The notes under the pieces are model-generated. The model saw only the letters and a program-made list of their open reading frames with translations, had not been told where the DNA came from and made no database searches. This document shows, in pieces, positions 23,173 through 33,625 of a stretch of DNA of 43,656 bases (positions are counted from its first letter, which is position 1; every line of letters starts with the position of its first letter). A program made the position numbers and the translations under genes. Origin of the DNA: Catajapyx aquilonaris (Eukaryota); the NCBI GenBank assembly GCA_000934665.2, contig JYFJ02003334.1, forward strand, positions 1-43,656. Direction: 5' to 3'.

Positions 23173-24097
23173 CTAATTAAACGACTGGCAGGGGCAGACG
23201 TGATTTGCAGACCAAAAATATGGAATTTACTGCAGCTAGTTGGCCATTTGGTGCATCGATATTTCTTTGAAAATATCGGATGAAATAATTTCACAAACGT
23301 GATATCAGTGGCGGAAATTTAACAGTTGATTTTTTTTCAACTGCACAGGTTCGCAGGAAATGTGAAAATGTGACGATAGCTGCCCGGGCCCCCGACTGTC
23401 CACGTAAGTAGGATGCTCTTGTCATAGGTGGCGCAACGTCCCTCTCTGCACACTACTGCCATCGTGCGAGATGCTGACTAATTAAACGACTGGCAGGGGC
23501 AGACGTGATTTGCAGACCAAAAATATGGAATTTACTGCAGCTAGTTGGCCATTTGGTGCATCGATATTTCTTTGAAAATATCGGATGAAATAATTTCACA
23601 AGTGATATATACAGTGGCAGAAATTTAACAGTTGATATTTTTTTCAACTTCACAGGTTCGCAGGAAACGTGAAAAATATGTGACGATAGCTGCCCGGCCC
23701 CCGACTGTCCACGTAAGTAGCATGCTCTTGTCATAGATGGCGCATCCTCCCTCTCTGCACACTACTGCCATCGTGCGAGATGCTGACTAATTAAACGACT
23801 GGCAGGGGCAGACGTGATTTGCAGACCAAAAATATGGAATTTACTGCAGCTAGTTGGCCATTTGGTGCATCGATATTTTTTGTTAAAATTTCACATGGAA
23901 ACACAGAAGTCGAAAATTAATATTTTCAAAAAAAAATTAAACTTCAATGGTCTGTAAAAGTGTGGAAAAAATTGCTGACAATAACAACTGCCCAGGCCCC
24001 TGACAGTCCACGTAGTAGCATACTGTTGTCATAGATGGCGCGTCCTCCCTCTATGCACACTACTGCCATCGTGCGAGTGCGAGAGAAAGTGGTACTA
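23173..24097 (+). repeat. Tandem array of ~305-309-bp units derived from repeat family B
   Basis: CTAATTAAACGACTGGCAGGGGCAGACG starts at 23173, 23478 and 23787. The third unit diverges internally and ends with the family B motif AGTGGTACTA at 24097. Confidence 0.95.
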
Positions 24098-27000
24098 CAT
24101 GCACCCAGCTGATGACTTACCCTGGACAGAGCCAATTTTCGGATTTTGATTATTTTTTGACATATTCAATACGTACAGTATATAACTTAGTGCTTAGTGA
24201 CACTTACAACCAAGACCCTTACACGGATTAATAATCACCCTGATGAAGTAGGAGATGGGTGCTGGTTAGGCCCCCTTTACATTTCCTGAAGAGAGGGAAA
24301 ACCTCGGAAGCAAAGAGCCTGAAGTGGGCTTATATAGAAGAGAGGGGTTATAGTGGTTGTGCACTACAGTGTATAGTGGTAGTGGAGGCAGCAGCCCGAG
24401 TTACGTGGACTCAAGCCTGACATGTTCCTCCAGTGATCAATACCTGCCTGAGGGAATTTGGTCTGGAATGGTTAGGGTTGGGAGGTAGAAGGGGTGGGTG
24501 GGTGGGTTTGGATGGGAGGGAGAGCTGGCACGGGCCATCCGCGCTGTAAAATATAGAGCTAGGGCGCCCGGAAGAGCTTTGCAAAATGGTGGTGGTAGGG
24601 TTGGTTGCCATTCTTTTACAAATAGGATTGAAGAAATGTGCTGCTAAAGGGTTGGAATTAAGGGGACGCTTTAAAAATATATATTTGTATTTATTTAGTA
24701 GATTTGTGTACTATATGATATAAATGGAAAAGTCCACAGGGTAGAATCATTGTGCAATGTGGTGGTGCCTTTGAGGCTTAATGCAACAATGTGGTAGTAG
24801 TGTCATTGCAGACGCCTGTTTAAATGCAAGCTTGTTACAACTGACAACAAAGAGATTCCGTGTGGCTTTGTAAAATTGCATTCGTCGAAATTGACATGTT
24901 CGCTATTTCTGCATGCAGATGTGTACGTTTCGAGACACAAAAGGAACATAAAAATAAAAATATCCAACTGATTATTGGGTCTGCAATTAACCAACTGTGA
25001 CTTGCGGCTACTTTTCAGGTCGATGTACCGTACACACAGTACTCCAAGGGTTTAATTTGCAACCAGCAATGAGAGCCCTGTATAGCTTTGTTCTCAAAGC
25101 CCAAGGGCAATGGAAATTTTTATTTTTTGAAAGTCACTGTACCAAGTAACAAACACGTTGAGGAGAAAATTTATGGGAAATTTACTGTCGAAGACTTCAG
25201 GCATGAAATATACATTTTTGCATGTACAATTAAAGGTAATTTGAGCCAAATTTACATACACTTTCATTCACTGCGCAGCGCCATGACACTCTAGGCCAAT
25301 TGTTCCTCCATGACAGTTCATTTAATTTTTTGCACTAAAATACTAAGCACGCCATATGTCCGTCTGACATTTGAACCCGATTTGGGAAGACACTGGCGAC
25401 ATTTCCGTGACTCGCATTCACACATACCAATCATGTCATCTGCATTTTCCATGTGAACGCGCCTCATGGCCAATGAAGATTCCTTCCATATTTTTTTTTC
25501 CTTCAAATCCTATTTTTTGCAATTATTAACCGGCAGGGGCACCCCTGACACCTTTTAGCTCCAATCCTCGCCTGACGTCTGGTAATTTAATAGGCTACAT
25601 TTGTTTCTGGGATGGCGCACATGTCATCACAGCCATTTTTCCAGGCGAGGCATGCGTGACGGGGCCTGTTATACATACTCACGCACTGGAAACAGGGAGG
25701 TAGCTCTCTGGCTCTATTCCCTGCCAGTTACGCCCCATGATTTCCACTTTTTTGCCACCCCCCCCCCTCCTTTTTCCTCGCTCAAAAATTAATCGAAATG
25801 TCTGAACAGTTGGTCCCAGTTTTAAAGTGCGCAGTTCATTAGCCTTTTCTGGCTGCCTGGGTGAAAACGTAGCTTCAATGTAAATAAAGCAAAAACCGGT
25901 CTGCCATGCTGGCAGCCCCTGGTGTTTGTGACAAGGTTTCTGTCGCAAGGTCTAGCTTTTAAATCAGGAGCTGACATCACAGGGAGAGCAGGTTATGAAT
26001 ATTATCTAATGCGAAATAAAGAAAAAAATCAGACAGGTTTTTATGCTCATTTCCAGCTGGGAAATGTTCAGATGTGATGTAAATTATGGATATGTAAAGT
26101 TAAGAGCAATGGAAACCATGCATTACACAATGAGAATAGTTGTGAAAGTTGTAGTATTCGAATTATCCCATTGTAATTACATGATAGGAAAAAACTAATA
26201 TCTTTTTTAAAAAATGGCACAGAAATCCCAGCAAGTCTGCTTTATTTATTGAGAGTAAATTAACCAGTCACTGCAGCCCAAAATTAAGCACCCATTTAGT
26301 TTAAATAATAAAAACACGCCCATTAAAATGAAAGCACACGCGCAAAACCTAACCTTGTTAGGATTGCACTACTAACCGTACGCCTCCAAGCGCGTTAATC
26401 CAATTTCCTCCGGTACGTAAACCATCAGAAACACATGTTGACCCTGGACGTAAATAATGCCGTCTAGACTCCAGTCGTACATGTAACCCGCCACAGTATA
26501 TGTAGTGGTAAAATATCCTTCTCGAGTTATTGGACAGTGATGGTAGGGTGACGAGAAGGTGCGCTTAAGCAAAGGGTCATAAAAGCAGCAGTGGTCACGA
26601 TTTGGCACTTTGGGTCCGCAGCCTAAATCGAATCAAGGAAACGAGGCCGACCACCAGAGAGAGCCTGTGTAATATATGAAATGTCATGGTGGCCACGTGG
26701 AGGGCATCAAACTGAGGGGGGGAATTTGGAAGCAGCCAGAAGCCTGCTGGATATAGTTCCTCTAGTTCTTTTTTTGGTGTGCATAGTGCGTGTGCGAAAC
26801 ACTGCAACAACTTTTTGTGCTATTTTGGTTGGTGCAGGGGATGCGGACCCGGTTGGATTTAGGGTTTTACGGAGGGTTTGGAATATTTATGGAGAGAGTT
26901 GGTAATGCAGGAATTATCCGGAGACAGTTTACATAAGGGGGTGGCCCTTGGTCGAATGCGTGGTGTGACAATTTTATATGGGGTTAGGACAACGGGTGAA

Positions 27001-28487
27001 TGACCATCTGGTAAGGACTGGTCCTTCAACATTATGTCTGAATTTGGTCACAGGACGCATGGTCACGTTTGCATGATGGAATGTTTGAGTTTCCTGCCAG
27101 GTGATGTCGATGAAAGGTGGAACAACCCTCTAATTTTGCTGAGGAGTGGAAATAACAGGTTAATTTTTGCAAAATACAGGAATTACATGAACTGGACAGC
27201 TGGAGATGGATTGTACCATATTATATCAATTTTCCAAGTATACTGAAATATCACTGATATTGAACACTTTTTCCAGCAAAGCATCGGTATCATATACATG
27301 TGGTTATGACATCAAGCACAAAGAATGTGACGACAAGCATAGGTTTAGTGCCAGCCTTTTGTGTCCACTACCGTCTTCCACGTGTCAACACTTGGAGAAT
27401 GATAAATCATTTTATGAGGCTGTGAGTGTACCAGCACATTGTTTAAACCGCCACAAAAATAGTGTTTGTCAAACCGCTTCATTGCTTGAAGTGCGATAAA
27501 AAAATTAGTTTTAAATTTTCTGCACTCCCTTGTTGGACTTTCCTTTGGTCCATTTAAAACTCGATTGCCAATTCCAGTATTCCCCTCCTATATAATTGTG
27601 TCACAAAAGCTCTCCGATGACCCGCAGTTCTTAGGACCAGCTCCCCTCCATTTGTGTCCATCCCAGCAGGCACAGTCCAGCATAGATGATGTAAGGACAC
27701 CAAAAACTGGTTCGGTAAAACTCCAGGGGGGTCGGTGTCACATCCAGAGCCCGGGAGCCATTCAAACGCTCCTTGAAGCGGGACAAAAGCCCTCCGAACC
27801 CGATTCTAAAATGCGATTTGCAGAATTTCCTTTTCCCTTTTGTCGCCCGTGAATGGCAAGTCTAATATCTCTCATTATTCCGCCCGTTCAAAGAAATCCA
27901 ATCCAATAATCCACTTATCGTTTTCCGTGAAGCTGCGTCCCGGTTTCAGTCTCATTGTCTCATGGTAATAAACGTTGACTGAGGTCTTGTCTTTTTTTTT
28001 CGCCCACCTTTGTTGTTTGAATTTTTTCTAAAAATTATCGACCCCTTCATGTCGAATTTTGGCATTGTTGCGAAATGATTGATGCTCCGTGGGTACTACC
28101 TGGGAATTAATTAGGAGCGGGTGTAAAGTCTTTATTTTAATGGACCATTAAAGGGCAGTGAAAAGAGGCTCGTAAAGCGCTAGGCAGCCTGCAAGTTTAT
28201 CTGATGTTGTGTGTGTAAACGTATACTGTCTGGCTTCTCGGCAGGGGCGTTAAAAATAGAGACCCACTGCATTCACACATCGTATAACAGACACGCACCT
28301 CGGGTTAAAAGAAATAAAATAAATGTGGGGGACTATTTATAGCCTCTCAGTCAATATCCACTTAAATTAGACGCAAAAATGTGAACAACTTCAGTTGCAA
28401 CGTGCTACTTTTTTGCTAATTTTTTTCCATTTTAAACATTTCTGTAAAATCGTCCCTCACATATCTTATTCATTTACATGAAACATA

Positions 28488-28709
28488 CAGGGTGTTCCAA
28501 ATTCGCGGGTCGTTTTTTTATAACTGATATCACCCAATAGTATAGTTATTTTTGTAGCTTGCCCCTAACCAGGTTTCTGTAGCAACTGCTACATTCGACC
28601 CCCTGGTAGTAATGGGGCACCTGGTTAGTGGCACAACAAGCTGCAAAAAATAACTACTATCGGGAGGTATCAGTTCATAAAAAACGACCCACGAATTTGG
28701 AACACCCTG
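28488..28709. mobile_element. Tc1/mariner-type MITE, 222 bp, long imperfect palindrome with TA duplication
   Basis: TA-CAGGGTGTTCCAAATTCGCGGGTCGTTTTTT ... AAAAAACGACCCACGAATTTGGAACACCCTG-TA. Inverted similarity continues roughly 85 bp inward to CTAACCAGG/CCTGGTTAG. Confidence 0.93.
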
Positions 28710-30137
28710 TATATTAATATTTAAAAATATTTTTATTAAAGCGATTCATCTTTTCCTTTCCACCTATTAATTTAACTCATGAATAATCCTGTACTTTACT
28801 GCGTATAAAAAACCCATGTCCTTAAGTAAATTGAAAATATTGGCAATTTCTCTTCCGCTTAAATTAAGAGTCGAAAATTCTCAAATTTTTCACACTCCAC
28901 ATATTTAAGTGGAGCAGTTCTAAGAATGTGCGGGTTAATGCCAGACGTGTGAAAAATTCGTCTGTCGATGTTTCCAAGGCACTTTGGCTGAGGATTTAAT
29001 CGTCGGAAGAGATTCGGCTCGGCAAGTCTGGCAAAGTTTCCCTTTCAAACATTTTCCCAGCCAATCTGGGGATGAAAGCTGACGTGGAGCGTCGTGATTC
29101 CCCGACAGCAAATGCGGACCAATTAATTTCTCCTCCCGGGGAAAACGTCGATTCCACTTTCCACCCTGCCTACCCCTGCCTCCCCTTGCTCTCCACCACC
29201 CCCACCCCCACCCCCACCGCCCCCCTGAAGCAGCACCGAGTTTGTTTATGGAGCCCTGTCTGTCTGCCTCGGATGGGGGATTTGGGCCTGAGGGGAAACT
29301 TGATGAGGACAAGTCCTTCATCGGCACGCCCCAGGCCCACGTGGACACTCACGTTCAGACGGGACAAATCGGGACAGGTTTGGTTCCCGACGACCAAGAT
29401 GGCTGCCCCCACTAGGTACTACAGCGGGCGCCATCTTTGTGCTCCGAACCCTGCCAAGCCTGCACCGCATGCACCTTCATAACCTTTCTACCAATTTTTT
29501 TGAGTAATGAGCACATTGAAGGACAGGAGGTGGAACAAATGAAGTCAGCATGCGTAATTTGGGCATGGAAAAGTGAGGTGCTTGATGGGGCCTCCAGTCG
29601 TGTCTGGACCGAGTTTTTTTCCCCCTCCCCAAAAAAGGGTCTATCGAGCGGGGGGGCTATTGAATGGAACCCTCCTCCACCCCCCAGAGCCGCTGCCAAC
29701 AAGCCGACGTGACAGCTAACAGATTGCCGCTGCCTGCAAGCCTTTCTTCTCGCACTATTTGCCTCCACAAGTGCACGCTCTTCCTCCATTTTTGTCTCCC
29801 TTCCCAACAGCTAACTCATCCGGAGACCGCTTTCGTCTCGCGGCCTTACTTTTTGCAATTCCTGTGTACCAACCTCATTGCGGAGTTTTGTTCCATACGT
29901 GTTTGCGAAAACGCGACAAGAATCCAGGAGGCTGTGCTTCTGGAGGTTATTCTATAGACATAGAGTATAGACTTATAGAGACAGGAGTCCTAACCTAACA
30001 AGCCGAACTGTGACTGAAAATTCGTGGAGAGTAAAACATATGTTTAATTTACATCGAACATAATTTAACCTGAGATTTTAAGTTAGACAAACTCTTTGAA
30101 TTCTCATGTTGCGTATACAATTTAAAATAAAATCGGG

Positions 30138-30209
30138 TTCCGAGTTACGTAAAATTCGACTTACGCATAATGTTGCGGAATGATCCGTTTACGTAAGTCG
30201 GACCTGCTG
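30138..30209. mobile_element. Probable solo right end of a pogo/Tigger-like DNA transposon
   Basis: CCGAGTTACG...TTCGACTTACG...CGGAA...CGTAAGTCGGACCTGCTG resembles the CGACTTACG/CGTAAGTCG sub-terminal pattern I recall for pogo-type ends. No partner end found. Confidence 0.5.
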
Positions 30210-31584
30210 TGCAAGTGGTTACCCACTTCGGTACTCCGGTGTACACCTGCACTCCTTGGTACTCCTTGAATTTTCTACACTTTACAGTCGAGTGGTTAAC
30301 CCCTTGGGCCTGTGTGTAATTTATGATGTGTGATCTAATTAAACTGTTTTACTTAGCGATTGTTGGCATTATAAGTAGTTACTTTTATGCAGTTAGTGTC
30401 AGTCGTTATGAAAAGTATTACCTGATAAAACTAGTCAGAATTGATTCGCCTGCCCAAGCTGCGAATTACAATGGATTTCCGATTGGGAATGGCCCATTGG
30501 AACAATTGACATCGAACGTCAATGACATAACCCACTTATGTAGGCTTTTAAAAAAGGATGTATTCATACAACCTAACATTAAAATTTTGGACCATTCAAC
30601 TCTGTTCAGTATCGGTTACACTATATATTTTTTTGTTTAATATAGTGAAGTCACTTTCGACTTAAAATATTTTCGGAGTCCCAACGACACAATCAGTGTC
30701 TCCAACTGATTTCAAGTTAGTCCCCAACCAAAAATGACACTCGCCTTACAACCTACGTGCTGTTGCTCCAACTTTACACTGCATAGTAGAAAAATAATGG
30801 TTTCTCTCTCCACACCCTCTGAGCTCCAAGACTTTTCCTGAAGCTTCCAGTTTTTTCCTTCTTCTTTCTTTTTCCTTCTCCTCCATCTCTCTACTTTTTT
30901 TTTTGGAAGGCCCTCTTTTCTTCTTGGTTGCTAGAAAAAGGATGGGATGATTGCTGGCGGACGGCCAGAGTTGTGTTTTTTTGATTCTATCTTGTAGCGG
31001 CTCTTGAGTGCTTTAGCCCTGCTTCGGCATCGATCTAATCAAGATGGAGAGCCGTGGATAAGGCACCGGGAAACATGATCCGGGGGCCAACAAGACCTTT
31101 CCGGTCACGTCCTGACACCGCCAAACCCATACGTTTTATGGCCGGGTTTTGCGGGAGCAAATACCTATTTATATGTGGACCAGCGATTCCCGGACGTGTG
31201 ATAGGCTAATATGGTGGTTTCAATTTTTGTTCCGGAACGTAACTGGATAACCCCAAGGTTGTGGTGGCAACAGGGGTAATCCAGAAGTACTCCATTTTCC
31301 GTTATATGGCCTGAAGGTTGGCCATTTTTTTTTGAGGATGTACGATACCGATATTTGTTTTCGTGGTAGCATAACAAAAAGAATTTTTAATTAGGGTTCC
31401 ACGACTCCGGGGCACATTTTCAACACCAGTGGAACTTTATTAGAGCGTTTTCTTCGCAACTGCTCAACTTGGGTGAATTTTCAGCCTCGTGGAGTTTAGT
31501 TTAAAACCTTGGTTCGGTCACCAGCCAACCCTGGACAAGGATTTCTGACTGCAGCCAATCAGGATAATTGGGTGATGTAATAGC

Positions 31585-32190
31585 GAATTTTAGAAAATAT
31601 CCCTTCCAGAATTGATTTTGCAGTAGGCTATATACGATCAATTGTTCCTAATGATATAGTTTAAAAAGTGAATCTCAGTATTTATAAATATTTGTTGTCG
31701 GAGTTATAGCGAAACTGATAACTGAGAATATGCTAATTTTTGTCATTTACAGTGGCCACACAGAAGGCGCTAGAAACTTTCCAAATGCTTAATTTTAATT
31801 TTTATGCCAATTGCAGATGATGGACAATTTTGTTTTAGTTACATATTGTTCAATTAAACTTATATTAAATAAAAACAATGCTGGCTGAACAATGTGGCAG
31901 CAGCTCAAATGAGGACTCTTGCATACCCGTATTTAAAATTTTATTAGCGAACAATATGCTACTCAAAAATGGCCATCGTCAGCAATAATCATTTATCTAA
32001 AAATAAATTTCTGCCATGCTCCTAGCACATTAAAATGTGAAAAGGTGTAAAGTCTCAACTTTTCACTTTTTCACTATAACTTGTAAGGCCTAATGTTAGG
32101 TTTGACCTAATAGTTAAATACAACTTAGAATAAAAAATATCGTTCCCAACCAGAAAATCAATCCCAGAAGAGATCCTTTTATAAATTTTC
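31585..32190. repeat. Old, degenerate inverted repeat (~600-bp possible foldback element)
   Basis: AATTTTAGAAAATATCCCTTCCAGAATTGATTTT (31585-31619) resembles the reverse complement of 32154-32187. TATAGTTTAAAAAGTGAA (~31655) resembles the reverse complement of ~32062-32078. Confidence 0.45.
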
Positions 32191-33132
32191 ATAAATGAAC
32201 TTGTGCCCTATTCATGCTTCAAAACTATAGTCCCCTTACCTTCTATGGCAGAAGAGAAAAAGTGAGCATATATATTTAAATTTTTCAAAAAACGGTCCAT
32301 GTAAGCCCACTTTGCATCACAAAATGGAGAGTCTGGATTACCCCCAGCGAAAGTGAGAGCAACATCAAGGGCGATTCATGTCATATTTCTGTACGCTGCC
32401 GAATTAGGTCTGTGGCGCCTTTCCCCCCCTCTCTTTCCCCCCCTTCCCTCCCCGCCCCTCACCTCGTTAGACTTGACTCCATTCAGTTGCCTCACTTAGC
32501 TCCGACTAATTATGGCGGAAAGTTCTGCAAACACGTAGAACTGTGAGGAAAACCTGCCGTGCTATATAATTCAACCGGGTTGAAAATGATTCCTATTCAA
32601 CCGAAAAAGAGACGAATTTCCGACTTGTTGGGCATATGTGTGTATATGCAGGGTAATGCACGAAAATATTAGCAAAACTAATTAGACCCAAGATCACCCC
32701 AATGGACTGTTTATTCATAATCACATTTGCAAAAATATTGTAAAACCAGTTATTCCAGCTGCAGGCGGGCATGTAGCCTTTAATGACTACTCATTACGTT
32801 GCAATGCATTAGTATGAATATAATATTCTGACTACACAATACCGCTGCAGTTTTATTCATGGCCGGTTTTTTTACAGGTGATTTAATACGCATTTGACGT
32901 CATCCAGTGCAGTATAGCAATCCTGAAACTGGTTAGTGTTACCCAATACATTTGTGGAATGACGTCTAAAGAAGCAATTTATTGATGTACGTCCGTACAG
33001 TACAACATAACAAGTGTGCAATGGGTTTGGAATTAAAAGAAGCATACCGTATATGATTTACTATCGCACGTGGAACATGTTAGCAAATTGTGTTGTATGT
33101 TACCTCAAGGCATGTACGTAGATCCAGTGATC

Positions 33133-33210
33133 TGCATGAGTGCATATTTATTAATAAAGAGAGATGCTTCCTTTTCTGTCTGTATTTGTTAATAAATATG
33201 CACTCATGCA
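33133..33210. other. 78-nt near-perfect inverted repeat (hairpin)
   Basis: TGCATGAGTGCATATTTATTAATAAA (33133-33158) pairs with TTTGTTAATAAATATGCACTCATGCA (33185-33210) at 25/26 positions, around a 26-nt loop. Confidence 0.9.
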
Positions 33211-33597
33211 CTGTCTGCATTATGTGTATCTTCAATAGCCAGCTGATTTGGCTTCTTCCCATTCAAAGTGACACAATAATTTACCCATCTGGATAACGAG
33301 CATTCCTTTATTGGGTCACCACAATTAATTCAACATTTGACATTTAAAAACTCGGCACTCTCCAGCTCTCCAGACCTTATAATACAGTGCAGCCCAGGGT
33401 CAAGTCAGTCGACCTTTAACCAAGGCACCCCAACAAAGACACCCTGGAGCAGGAGTGCAAGCATTTACAAAAGAGCCATTTATCTTCGGCTCGCAGCATT
33501 ACTTCCGCCTTTCGTGAAAACCTCCTCCAAGCTCTCGGGTTAACAGCATATATGCATATGCTGGATTGCAGGTTCCTTCAGGATCATGTCTTGGAAA

Positions 33598-33625
33598 AGG
33601 TCGCGACAAGGTCAAGGTGACGTCA
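33598..33625 (+). promoter_or_regulatory. Composite nuclear-receptor element (DR5 + DR0) overlapping a CRE
   Basis: AGGTCG-cgaca-AGGTCA-AGGTGA, with TGACGTCA at 33618-33625. Confidence 0.4.

Noticed and set aside
23034..23734. Two similar ORFs (KLFHPIFSKKYRCTKWPTSCSKFHIFG) suggesting paralogues
   Set aside because: By-product of the 305-bp tandem repeat; frames break at different points and no domain is evident.
29072..29482. 136-aa ATG-initiated Pro/Thr-rich ORF
   Set aside because: Composition is explained by the (CCCCCA)n tract and GC-rich DNA, several overlapping frames are equally open, and no domain is evident.
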